Translations under genes and position numbers: made by a program
The notes under the pieces: generated by a model
What the model was told of the DNA's origin: nothing
Databases searched by the model: none
What the model saw: only the letters and a program-made list of their open reading frames with translations
DNA from: Polyangiaceae bacterium
Lineage (GTDB): Bacteria; Desulfobacterota; Binatia; UTPRO1
Length of the DNA: 60,646 bases
Direction: 5' to 3'
Assembly: GCA_031400185.1 (NCBI GenBank)
Contig: JANNPN010000460.1
Coordinates: forward strand, 1-60,646
Part shown: positions 42,708 to 52,093 of the stretch, in pieces
Position numbering within the stretch: position 1 is the stretch's first letter
How the letters are laid out: each line of letters opens with the position of its first letter

Positions 42708-43957
42708 GCACCCTCGAGCAAGACGTCGTCGACCTCTGTCGCGCCGCACGCGCCGCGGCACCCGCGCTCGCCCGCGCGTCGACGGCGGAGAAGGACGCGG
42801 CGCTCCACGCCGGCGCGAAGGCGCTGCGCGCCCGCACCGACGAGCTCGTCGCGGCGAACGCCGACGACGTCGAGGCCGCACGCGCAGCGGGCGGCGCGGC
42901 GGCGTTCCTCGACCGGCTGATGCTGAACCCGAAGCGGATCGACGCGATGGCGGTCGGGCTCGAGCAGATCGCCGCCCTGCCCGATCCGGTCGGCGAGGAG
43001 ATCAGCCGCTGGCGCCGCCCGAACGGCCTCGACATCCAGCAGCGACGCGTGCCGCTCGGCGTGATCGGCATCATCTACGAGTCGCGCCCGAACGTGACCG
43101 CCGACGCCGCCGGTCTCTGTCTCAAGTCCGGCAACGCGGTCGTGCTGCGAGGCGGCAGCGAGGCGTTTCGCACCAATTGCCTCATCGCCGACGTGCTGCG
43201 CGACGCGGCGACCACCATCCCGCGCGACGCGATCGCGCTCGTTCGGAGCACCGACCGCGCCGCGGTGAAGGTCCTCCTCAAGCAGGTCGAGCTGATCGAC
43301 GTCATCATCCCGCGCGGCGGCGAGGAGCTCATCCGGGCGATCACCGAGGGCTCGCGTATTCCCGTGATCCAGCACCTGAACGGCGTCTGTCAGCTCTACG
43401 TCGACTGTGCCGCCGATCTGGCGCTCGCCGAGCGGCTCTGCATGAACGCGAAGACGCAGCGGCCCGGCGTCTGCAACGCGATCGAGAACCTGCTCGTGCA
43501 CCGCGACGTCGCGGCCAAGTTTCTGCCGACGATCGCCGCGAAGCTCACCGCGGCGGGCGTCGAGCTCCGCGGCGATCCCGAGACCGTGCGGCTCGTGCCA
43601 GGCACGAAAGCCGCAGTCGAGGCGGACTGGGGCACGGAATACCTCGATCTCGTGTTGTCCGTGAAGGTCGTCGACGGGATCGACGACGCTATCGCGTTCA
43701 TCCGCCGCTACGGCTCCGGGCTCGCCGACGCGATCGTCACGACCGACCAGGCCGCCGCCGATCGCTTCAGCGCCGAGATCGACTCGGCCGCCGTCTTCGT
43801 GAACGCGTCGACGCGCTTCACCGACGGCTTCGAGTTCGGCTTCGGCGCCGAGATCGGCATCAGCACCAATCGCCTGCACGCGCGGGGACCGATGGGCCTC
43901 CGCGAGCTCACGACGTACAAGTACGTAGTGCGCGGCAACGGTCAGATCCGCACGTGA
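42704..43957 (+). CDS. proA: Gamma-glutamyl phosphate reductase
   Basis: VPLGVIGIIYESRPNVT, LRGGSEA, CNAIENLLVH, NASTRFTDG and LHARGPMGL. Confidence 0.97.
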
Positions 43958-43988
43958 GCCCTGCCACGACGAGCGCGACGAGGGAGTG

Positions 43989-44639
43989 ATGCGCCTCGGG
44001 CTGTTCGGCGGCACCTTCGATCCCGTCCACGTCGCGCACCTGCGCACCGCCGAAGAGGTACGCGAAGCGCTCGCTCTCGATCGCGTCGATCTCGTGCTGT
44101 CGGCGACGCCGCCGCACAAGCCGGCCGGTACGCAGGCGTCCGTCGCGCACCGCCGCCGCATGCTCGAGCTCGCGACCGCCGGCAATGCGCACCTCGCGCC
44201 GAACTTCTGCGAGCTCGAGCGCGAGGGTCCGTCCTACTCGATCGACACCGTCCGCGCCGTGCAGGCGCGCGATCCTGACGCGGTGCTCACCTTCATCCTC
44301 GGCGCCGACGCCTTCGCGGAGATCGGGACGTGGAAGGACTATGCGACCATCCTCACGCTATGTGACTTCTGCGTGATATCGCGTCCGGGAGCCCGCGAAC
44401 GCGAACTTCCAATTGCCGTCGAAAATGCCTTCTGTTATGACTCGAGTCGTGGAGTGTACGCGCATCGCTCCGGTCGAGCGCTCCGCTTCCTGCCGGTCAC
44501 GGCACTCATGATTTCGGCCTCCGACATCCGCCGACGTTGCGCTTCCGGACTTTCCATCCGCCACCTCGTTTCCGACGCGGTAGCCGACTACATCGCGATC
44601 CACGGTTTGTACGGCATGGGGAGGACCGCAGCCCGTTGA
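43989..44639 (+). CDS. nadD: Nicotinate-nucleotide adenylyltransferase
   Basis: GLFGGTFDPVHVAH, PPHK, SYSIDT, FILGAD, WK and ISASDIR. Confidence 0.95.
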   Translation: MRLGLFGGTFDPVHVAHLRTAEEVREALALDRVDLVLSATPPHKPAGTQASVAHRRRMLELATAGNAHLAPNFCELEREGPSYSIDTVRAVQARDPDAVLTFILGADAFAEIGTWKDYATILTLCDFCVISRPGARERELPIAVENAFCYDSSRGVYAHRSGRALRFLPVTALMISASDIRRRCASGLSIRHLVSDAVADYIAIHGLYGMGRTAAR

Positions 44640-45037
44640 CCTCGCTCGACGGCTTGACCAAGGCGCTCCGGTGCGCCGAAGCGGCGCTGGACAAGAAGGC
44701 GGTCGACCTGGTCGTGCTCGACGTCGGCGCGCTGACCTCGATCGCGGACTATCTCATCATCTGCACGGGCCGCTCCGATCGTCAGGTGCAAGCGATCGCG
44801 CAGGCAATCGACGAGCAGATCCGCGCCGACGGCGTCCGCCCGACGGCGATCGAGGGCATGACCCGCGGCCAGTGGGTGCTGATGGATTACTCGGACGTCA
44901 TCGTCCACGTGTTCCAGAAAGAGGTCCGCGAGTTCTACGATCTCGAGCGGATGTGGGAGCACGCTCCGCACGTGCAACTCCCCGAGCCTCTGCGGAGCCA
45001 GGCGCTCGGCTTCAGCAGCGAAACCGCGGCGATCTGA
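44636..45037 (+). CDS. rsfS: Ribosome silencing factor
   Basis: TTG start overlaps the nadD stop, with a GGAGG SD. DKKAVDLVVLDV...ADYLIICTGRSDRQVQAIA...WVLMDYSDVIVHVF...REFYDLERMW. Confidence 0.95.
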   Translation: MTSLDGLTKALRCAEAALDKKAVDLVVLDVGALTSIADYLIICTGRSDRQVQAIAQAIDEQIRADGVRPTAIEGMTRGQWVLMDYSDVIVHVFQKEVREFYDLERMWEHAPHVQLPEPLRSQALGFSSETAAI

Positions 45038-45053
45038 GCGGAACCCATCGCGC

Positions 45054-46355
45054 GTGCTGCGGCTGACCATTCTCCTCTCTTCGATCGTCGCGGCGCTCAT
45101 TGCCGTCGGGTATTTACTGCACCTGAATCCCGCCCCGGTCACCGTCCACTTCACCCCGACGACCGAGTGGCAGGGTCCGCTCCCACTCGTGCTGCTCGGC
45201 GCGTTCCTCGTCGGCGCCGGTGTGACGTTCCTCGCGTCGCTCGTCCGCGCGAGCCGCACGGCCGTGACGGGCTGGCGTGCCGAGCGCACGGCGCGTCGAC
45301 AACGCCGCCAACAGATTCGCAAGGAGCAAGGCCTCGGCTTCGCGTGGCTCGGCGAGCACGACAAGGCGCGCACCGCGCTCGCGAAAGCGCTCCGCGACGG
45401 CCCCGACGATCTCTCCGCCTTCTTGATGTTCGCGCGCACCTACCTCGAAGAGGGCGATTTCCGCGGGGCGCGGACGGTGCTCGAGGAGGGCCTCGACCGG
45501 CGCGGTCCCGATCCGAAGTTGCTGCTGTTTCTCGCCGAAGCGCAGCGCGGCAGCGGCGACGTCGCCGCGGCCATCGAGACCCTCGAGCGGGCACGGCGCG
45601 CCGATCCCGCGAGCCCGCGCGTGCTGACCGCGCTCCGCGACGCGTACACCGCGAGCGCGCGCTGGAAGGACGCGGGCCGCGTGCAGGAGGCACTCCTGCT
45701 CGTCGTCCACGACCCGCCCGTCCGCGCCGACACCGAGCGGACGCTCATCGGCATGCGGTACCAGAGCACGCTCGAGATCACCGATCCCGCGGCGCGCGTC
45801 GCCGAGCTGCGCGCGCTCCTCCGTGCCCACCCGGACTTCGAACCGGCTGCGGTGAGCCTCGGCGACGCGCTTCTGGCCGCCGACCAGCCGCGTCAGGCCG
45901 AGCGTGTCTGGCGTCGCGCCGTGATCCGCGGTGCGCGCGGCGGCACGCTCGAGCGCCTCGAGCACCTGCTCGCCGGCGGTCCGCGCGCGCGCCGTCTCGA
46001 CGTCTTCACCCGCCGTCTCCTCCGCCGCCGTCCCGACGACGGCACCGCGCGACTCTTCCGCGCCCGTCAGCTCATCCGTGGAGGCCAGCTCGACGAGGCC
46101 GCTGCCGAGCTCGCACGCGTCGGACCCCCGTGGAACTCCCTCGCGAGCTATCACGGCCTCCTCGCCGAGCTGCACGTCCGCCGCGGCGCGCAGGAGGATG
46201 CCGTGCGCGCCTTCCGCCACGCGCTCGCGGCGTGCGCCCTCGGGGTCTTCCACTGCCAGGTGTGTGGCGCCGAGAGCGAAGAGTGGCAGGGCTACTGCGA
46301 GCGCTGCCGCAGCTGGGACAGCTACCGCTCGAGCTACGAGGCGCGCACGAGCTGA
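45054..46355 (+). CDS. LapA-domain/TPR/rubredoxin protein (LapA-LapB-like fusion)
   Basis: N-terminal TM-loop-TM (LNPAPVTVHF...PLPLVLLGAFLVGAG), multiple TPRs, and C-terminal CQVCG...W.GYCERCRSW rubredoxin-like Zn/Fe knuckle. Confidence 0.75.
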   Translation: MLRLTILLSSIVAALIAVGYLLHLNPAPVTVHFTPTTEWQGPLPLVLLGAFLVGAGVTFLASLVRASRTAVTGWRAERTARRQRRQQIRKEQGLGFAWLGEHDKARTALAKALRDGPDDLSAFLMFARTYLEEGDFRGARTVLEEGLDRRGPDPKLLLFLAEAQRGSGDVAAAIETLERARRADPASPRVLTALRDAYTASARWKDAGRVQEALLLVVHDPPVRADTERTLIGMRYQSTLEITDPAARVAELRALLRAHPDFEPAAVSLGDALLAADQPRQAERVWRRAVIRGARGGTLERLEHLLAGGPRARRLDVFTRRLLRRRPDDGTARLFRARQLIRGGQLDEAAAELARVGPPWNSLASYHGLLAELHVRRGAQEDAVRAFRHALAACALGVFHCQVCGAESEEWQGYCERCRSWDSYRSSYEARTS

Positions 46356-46363
46356 TCCGATCG

Positions 46364-47578
46364 CTAGCGCGCGCGGCGCTTGCGGGAACGCGGCGCCGCC
46401 GCCGACGCGTCCCCGCCCGCACCCTCCACCCCGAACAGATGTGCATGCATGCGCACGAGGCTCGCCAGGTCGTGCAGGTCGGTGTCGAAATTCGGCACGG
46501 TGACGAACGGGATGCGGCGCGACAGTCCGGCCCGGAACTGCTCCATCCGAAGGGCCTCGCCCCGCGCGAGCAACTGGTAATCGACGAAGTTGGCGGCGAG
46601 CCACGAGACGTGCGCGACCGGCACGCCCGCGTCGAGCAGCGCCGCGCGGACCGCGTCCTCGTCGACAGGCGTCACCGTGCCGGCCCGAAAGGTCTCGGGG
46701 TCGGCGGTGAGCTCGTCGTGCACGCGGTTGAAGACGACCCCACCGAGCGGCATCTGCATCGCCTGCATGCGCTCGGAGAAGAACTCCGCCTCGGTCAGCA
46801 CCTGTTCCTCCGGCCCCGTCACGAGCACGAATGCCGTGCTCGGCGCACGCAGGATCTGGTGGATCACGTCGGTCCGCGCCGTGAACGCGTCGAACATGCC
46901 GCTCATCGCGGAGAAGAAGTCCGACACTTCCGCGAGCGCGCTCACCCCCGTCGCCTCCTCGAGCTTCCGGAAGAGGAAGCCGACGGTGCGGTTCATCGCC
47001 TTCGCGGCCGCCCAGCCCTGCGACAGGTACGGCATCACGAACCAGCGCACGACCTTCCGGTCGAGGAAGTCGCGGATGCGCTCGGGCGCCTCGAAGAAGT
47101 CGAGGGCGCGCTTGGTCGGTGGCGTGTCGAGCACGATCAGGTCGTAGGCGTCGCTCTCGCAGAGCAGGCAGAGCTGCTCGATCGCCATGTACTCGTGCGA
47201 GCCGGCGAAGTTCTGCGACAGGTTCAGATAGAAACGGTTCCGCAGGATCCGCTCGCGGACCTCCTCCGACGGCGCATGGCGCGCGACCAGGCGATCCCAG
47301 GCGTCCTTCTGGTCGAGCATCATCGCCGCAAGTGAGCCGCGCGCCTCGTGGCCGGTGGTCGCGAGGAGCTGCGGGTCGACCTGGCGCGGCTCGTCGCCGA
47401 GCTCGGTGATCCCGAGCGAGTTCGCGAGGCGGCGGGCCGGGTCGATCGTGAGCACGACGGCGCGGCGCCCTTGCAACGCGCCCCAGAGCGCGATCGTCGC
47501 CGCCGTCGTCGTCTTGCCGACGCCGCCCGAGCCGACGCAGACGACGACGCGATGATCGCGGACGAGCTTCGCGAGCAT
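46364..47578 (-). CDS. ArsA/Get3-family ATPase (subunit B of a pair)
   Basis: CVGSGGVGKTT, TIDPARRLANSLG, EYMAIE, VLDTPPT and VFNRV. ATG 47578 overlaps the upstream stop. Confidence 0.9.
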   Translation of the reverse strand: MLAKLVRDHRVVVCVGSGGVGKTTTAATIALWGALQGRRAVVLTIDPARRLANSLGITELGDEPRQVDPQLLATTGHEARGSLAAMMLDQKDAWDRLVARHAPSEEVRERILRNRFYLNLSQNFAGSHEYMAIEQLCLLCESDAYDLIVLDTPPTKRALDFFEAPERIRDFLDRKVVRWFVMPYLSQGWAAAKAMNRTVGFLFRKLEEATGVSALAEVSDFFSAMSGMFDAFTARTDVIHQILRAPSTAFVLVTGPEEQVLTEAEFFSERMQAMQMPLGGVVFNRVHDELTADPETFRAGTVTPVDEDAVRAALLDAGVPVAHVSWLAANFVDYQLLARGEALRMEQFRAGLSRRIPFVTVPNFDTDLHDLASLVRMHAHLFGVEGAGGDASAAAPRSRKRRAR

Positions 47579-48540
47579 CAGGCCGGTCTTTCCGATCGGG
47601 GCGATGGGGCCGCCGGCACCGCCGGCTCGAGCTGGCGGGTCGCGTTCGCCATCAGCGCTCGGATCTCGTCGAGCCCGAACTCCTCGGCGAATACGAACGG
47701 CAGCAGCACCGTCGGCATGGGCACGGCGTCGCGCAGTCGATCGAGATACCGGCGGTTGATCGCCGCCCAGCCCGCTTCCTCGCGGGCGCATCGCAGCACG
47801 TCGGTGACGAACGGCTTGGCCCCGGCGGGCGGCGGGGGAACGTCCGCCGGCGCGAGCGGCGCCTCGTGCACGCGGTTCACGAAGAGCACGCCGAGCGGCA
47901 TCCGCAGGCGATCGCGCAGCTGCTGGTACATCTCGGTCGTCTCGTTGACGGGCATCTCCTCGGCGGTCGTGACGGGGCAGACGGCCGTGCGCAGCGGATC
48001 GACCAGCAGGTTCATCACCTTTTGCGCTTCCCGCCGCACGAGCCCGGGACCGAACGCCTCGGCCGCCGCGCTCGGCATGCGGAGGTACTGGAGGACGTGC
48101 CCGGTCGCGGGCGCATCGACGACGATTACGTCCCACTTCCGCCGGCCCTTCACCGTGAGCTGCTCCTCGTACCAGATCTTGCCGACCGTCATGAGCTCCT
48201 TGAGACCCGGAGCCGCCGCGACGAAGTGATGGTAGAGTTTGCTCTCGACCACCATGCGCTGCACCCGGCGCACGGGCAGCACGAGCCCGAGGTACTCGCT
48301 CAGCGCAGATTCGCCGTCGACGGTGAGCACGCAGAGATTCGGAAGCGCCTCCACCATGCCTTCGGTCCCCTCGATCCCGAGGAACTCGGCGAGGCGCCGG
48401 CTCGGCTCCATCTGCGCGAGCAGCACGTGCTTCCCGGCCTCCGCGAAGGCGACCGCAAGCGCGGTCGCGACCGTGCTCTTTCCGACTCCGCCTTTCCCGA
48501 CCACGAAGAGCACACGACGACCTGCGAGCGCACCGAGCAT
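47578..48540 (-). CDS. ArsA/Get3-family ATPase (subunit A of a pair)
   Basis: VVGKGGVGKS, APGLKELMTVGKIW, VDAPATGH, EEMPVNET and VNRV. Confidence 0.9.
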   Translation of the reverse strand: MLGALAGRRVLFVVGKGGVGKSTVATALAVAFAEAGKHVLLAQMEPSRRLAEFLGIEGTEGMVEALPNLCVLTVDGESALSEYLGLVLPVRRVQRMVVESKLYHHFVAAAPGLKELMTVGKIWYEEQLTVKGRRKWDVIVVDAPATGHVLQYLRMPSAAAEAFGPGLVRREAQKVMNLLVDPLRTAVCPVTTAEEMPVNETTEMYQQLRDRLRMPLGVLFVNRVHEAPLAPADVPPPPAGAKPFVTDVLRCAREEAGWAAINRRYLDRLRDAVPMPTVLLPFVFAEEFGLDEIRALMANATRQLEPAVPAAPSPRSERPA

Positions 48541-48627
48541 GACCCGGTGACGGTAGGGCACGAGCCCACGCCTCGCAAGCGTCGCTGGCCTGGACAGCAC
48601 CGGGAGCCGCGTGGCAGACGCGGACGC

Positions 48628-49530
48628 ATGGCGAGTCCCGAGCTTCAGATGGTCTTGCAGATGCTGGTCGGCAATCCGCTCGAAGGCGAGCGTCCCCCGG
48701 CGGAGATGCGCGCCGGCCTCGAGGCGATGGCCGGCACGTTCGCGGTCGAGCCGGACGTCGTCGTCGAGCGCCTCCCGGTCGAAGGCATGGCGGCCGAATG
48801 GATCGCGTCGCCGGGCGTCTCGTCCGCCCACGCCCTCCTCTATCTGCACGGCGGCGGCTACGTCGTCGGTTCACTGAATACGCACCGCGATCTCGCAGCC
48901 CGGCTCGGCCGCGCCGCGGGGGCGCGCGTGCTCACCGTCGACTACCGGCTCGCCCCCGAGCACCCGCATCCGGCGGCGGTCGACGACGCCGTCGCGGCCT
49001 ACCGCTGGCTCCGCCGCCAGGGATGCGCGCCGGAGCGCCTGGCGATCGCGGGTGATTCGGCGGGCGGCGGGCTCACCCTCGCGACCCTCGTGGCGCTCCG
49101 CGACCTCGGCGAGCCCCTCCCGAACTGCGGCGTTTGCTTCTCACCATGGGTCGACATGGAAGCCACCGGCGCCTCGATGGACGTCAACCTGGACGACCCG
49201 ATGTTGAACCGCGCCCTCCTCCTCCACTTCGCGCGCTTCTACCTGACCGGTGGGGTCGACCCGCGCACGCCGCTCGCGGCGCCGCTCCACGCCGATCTGA
49301 GCGGCCTCCCGCCCCTCTTGATCCAGGCGAGCCGCCACGAGGTCCTGCTCGACGACGCCACCCGCATCACCGAGAACGCCCGCCGGGCCGGCGTCGCATG
49401 CGAGCTCGACCTCACCGACGAGGTCCCGCACGTGTGGCAGATCTTCGCGGGGATCCTGCCGGAGGGTCGGGAAGCGATCGAGCGCGCGGGGGCGTTTCTG
49501 CGGAAGCGGCTCGGCACCAACGCCGGCTAG
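48628..49530 (+). CDS. Alpha/beta hydrolase fold-3 esterase (HSL family)
   Basis: YLHGGGY, DYRLAPEHP, GDSAGG (catalytic Ser), EVLLDD and PHVWQ. Confidence 0.92.
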   Translation: MASPELQMVLQMLVGNPLEGERPPAEMRAGLEAMAGTFAVEPDVVVERLPVEGMAAEWIASPGVSSAHALLYLHGGGYVVGSLNTHRDLAARLGRAAGARVLTVDYRLAPEHPHPAAVDDAVAAYRWLRRQGCAPERLAIAGDSAGGGLTLATLVALRDLGEPLPNCGVCFSPWVDMEATGASMDVNLDDPMLNRALLLHFARFYLTGGVDPRTPLAAPLHADLSGLPPLLIQASRHEVLLDDATRITENARRAGVACELDLTDEVPHVWQIFAGILPEGREAIERAGAFLRKRLGTNAG

Positions 49531-49541
49531 CTGGTACGCGG

Positions 49542-51524
49542 TCAGGCGGCCGCGGCGTACAACCACGGCGCCTGCCGTTCGTCACAGCGCGCGCACGTGC
49601 CGCAGGAGAGGCCACCGAGGTCGTGTCCGCACGACCGGCAGGTGGCGATCCGTGCCGAGATCCGCGCGGCATACCGCCGCATGGCGAGCACCGTCGCGGC
49701 GAGCAGCGGCAGCGCGATCACGCAGGAGAGCCCGAAGTACCAGAGCTCTCGCAGCAGTCGGGCCGCCGTCGGCCCCGCCCCTTCTGGGATGAACTGCATC
49801 CTCGCGAGCACCTCCTGCATCAACAGTCCGTGATACTCGAAGATCGCGAACCGCGCGGAAATGATCGGCCACAGTGCCAGCGTCGCGACCCCGCACCCGA
49901 TCGCCCACACCAAGACGCGCCGCCACGCGCGGGGCGGCACCGCGCGTTCTTCGGACACCAAGAGATACGTCGAGTCGCGCCAGATCGAGAGCAGTGCGCG
50001 CATCGAGAGCGCGACGAGCACCATCCACCCAATGGCGGGAAGGACGCTCGCGCGCATCAGGGGGAACCCGAGCGCCGGCGTGACCTGAAACCCGATCAGG
50101 ACACCGGTCGCGGCGACGACCGCAGTCTGCCAGAGATTCCTGGTCGAGCCCGAGGCGGGGGCCGCCAGTCCGAGAAACGTCCCGCGTTGCGTCTGCACGC
50201 CGAGCGCCGCGAACAATACGATGCCGGGCAGCACTGCAAGCGGCGCCCGCCCGAGGAAGGGCGTCATCGAGAGCGCCCCGTCGACGCTCGCCGCCGTCGG
50301 AAACAAGGGCGTCCAGATCGCGAACGAGCGCCAGAATCCCCACGACAAGACATAGTCCCAGACGATGACGACGCTCGCTGCGAGGACGGCCGCCGAGCTC
50401 AGCATCAACCCGATCAAAAGCCCCACGTGGAACGCGACCGACTGCCATGGCGGTTCATCGTCGAGCGCAAAAAGCGCGTTCGGTCGGCTGATGTACCAGC
50501 GACGGCGACTGGCGGTCGGATGGAATGCGCTCAATTGCCACAGGAGCCGACGCATCCTCGTTCCTGGCACCTCACTCGTCGGCGAAAGCGCGCGCAGGAG
50601 ACCCGATCCGTGACCCGCGACGTTTGCGAACCAATCGGCGTGGAGCTCTCTCGTACGAATCACCGCGGCGAAGAGCGCCATCACCACGAGGATGAGGCTC
50701 GCGACCTGCACGAAGACACCGTACCGCGCGACCAGAGTCGCGTCAGCGAGCGCGACGGCCGCGCCTTGCTGCAGTGGAGTGGAGAACGTCAGCACCAGCA
50801 GGGCCGCCGACACCGCCAGCAGCGGCACCACGAGGACCGCCCACACGGCGAAAGCAGCGTAGCCCCATTCGACGTCGCGATGCTTCACATGCCCGAGCTC
50901 GTGCAACACGAATGCTCGAAAGCGCTGCGCCAACGGATCGTTCGTCGCGAGGCTTACCCGTTCCCAATAGGAAACGTCGAGCACGAGTGAGGCATGCGCG
51001 GACGATCCGATCACGCGCATATTGGGGGATTGGCGTTGGCGGGCGTCGCAGCGCAACGCCGGGACTGGGCAGGAAACGCTGCGCGCGAGCCTTTCGACCT
51101 CGGCTTGCAACGGGTGGTCGGCGTCCACTGGAACGCTACGACGCCGATCCCAGAGGGGAATCATGCGGTAGAGCGCCCATGCCACGAGGGACACCGGCAC
51201 CACCACGATCAGGGGAGCGAGCACACGCAGGATCGAATACGGGATCGCCTGCGCGTACGTCACGACCGCGATCGCCGCAATTGGGCTCCACACGGCAGGA
51301 GGGCTCGCGTCGAGCTGGCGTACTCGCCGGAGCGCTTCCATCTGCACCTTCAAGTCGTTGAGCACGATCGCATCCGGCAAAGGCTCGATCAGCGGAGCTA
51401 CCGCCAGGGAAGCGAAGGTGTAGTAGATCGTGAGCGCGGCGAGGAACAACAAGAAGAACCGCACCGTGGTTTCAGCGGGCGAGAATAGCTGGCTGACGAG
51501 AAGGAACGGTGATCTGGGTTCCAC
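49542..51524 (-). CDS. M48-family (HtpX/BlaR1-like) membrane metalloprotease with multi-TM C-terminus and terminal Zn ribbon
   Basis: Probable GTG start at 51524; VLHELGHVKHRD; RTRELHAD; FHPTASRR; about 12 hydrophobic segments; CRSCG...CARC at the C-terminus. Confidence 0.8.
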   Translation of the reverse strand: MEPRSPFLLVSQLFSPAETTVRFFLLFLAALTIYYTFASLAVAPLIEPLPDAIVLNDLKVQMEALRRVRQLDASPPAVWSPIAAIAVVTYAQAIPYSILRVLAPLIVVVPVSLVAWALYRMIPLWDRRRSVPVDADHPLQAEVERLARSVSCPVPALRCDARQRQSPNMRVIGSSAHASLVLDVSYWERVSLATNDPLAQRFRAFVLHELGHVKHRDVEWGYAAFAVWAVLVVPLLAVSAALLVLTFSTPLQQGAAVALADATLVARYGVFVQVASLILVVMALFAAVIRTRELHADWFANVAGHGSGLLRALSPTSEVPGTRMRRLLWQLSAFHPTASRRRWYISRPNALFALDDEPPWQSVAFHVGLLIGLMLSSAAVLAASVVIVWDYVLSWGFWRSFAIWTPLFPTAASVDGALSMTPFLGRAPLAVLPGIVLFAALGVQTQRGTFLGLAAPASGSTRNLWQTAVVAATGVLIGFQVTPALGFPLMRASVLPAIGWMVLVALSMRALLSIWRDSTYLLVSEERAVPPRAWRRVLVWAIGCGVATLALWPIISARFAIFEYHGLLMQEVLARMQFIPEGAGPTAARLLRELWYFGLSCVIALPLLAATVLAMRRYAARISARIATCRSCGHDLGGLSCGTCARCDERQAPWLYAAAA

Positions 51525-51529
51525 GTCGC

Positions 51530-51976
51530 TCAGCGGCTGACTTGCTTGAGCAACTCGGTAGCCTTGCCGACGAGCTCGCGGGTGACGAGCTCGTCGTACC
51601 CTCGTTGCACTTCGCGAGCTACGATCTCTTCCTCGGCCTGGTTCAGGGCCGCCTCGAGCGACCGTAACGCCTCGGAGGAAAGCGGCGCGCGCGCTGGCGA
51701 CTTCCGTTCCGTCCAGCGTTCCCTCACGAGCAGAAGTTGGTCCGAGACCACCGTCGCGAACATACTCACCACCAGCTGGAAGATGATCTGAACCCACTCG
51801 GGCTCGGGCACGGCGCCCATCGCGAACGGCCCGGATCGCTCCGCCGTCGCGGTCGGCGGATTGTCGATGAAGCGCTCCAGATCGGCGCCGTGCTCGCTCC
51901 ACCAGACCGGTGCGTACTCCTCGAGGAGCGGTGTCGCCAGATGGCGGATCAATTCCCGATCTTCCGAATCGACCAT
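51530..51976 (-). CDS. Small hypothetical protein co-transcribed with the M48 protease
   Basis: 148 aa with a GGGAGG SD. It ends 5 nt before the protease start and has a short hydrophobic helix (WVQIIFQLVVSMFATVV) after SGPFAMG. Confidence 0.7.
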   Translation of the reverse strand: MVDSEDRELIRHLATPLLEEYAPVWWSEHGADLERFIDNPPTATAERSGPFAMGAVPEPEWVQIIFQLVVSMFATVVSDQLLLVRERWTERKSPARAPLSSEALRSLEAALNQAEEEIVAREVQRGYDELVTRELVGKATELLKQVSR

Positions 51977-51998
51977 GCATCCTCCCGTCGAATGACGG

Positions 51999-52013
51999 GC
52001 GAACGCTATGCCA
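51999..52013 (-). promoter_or_regulatory. Possible sigma54 (-24/-12) promoter for the small protein/M48 pair
   Basis: TGGCATAGCGTTCGC has the correct GG-N10-GC spacing but deviates from TGGCACG-N4-TTGC at three positions. Confidence 0.3.
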
Positions 52014-52093
52014 AGGCGAGAGCGCGGGGCAAGGCGGCGATGCGACCCGTCCGCAAAATATAGCGCCAGTTCGAGACGGTTCTTCGACTAACG

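Noticed and set aside
46364-48540. Arsenic resistance operon
   Set aside because: No arsR/B/C/D genes are present, and the metal-binding cysteines of true ArsA are not evident.
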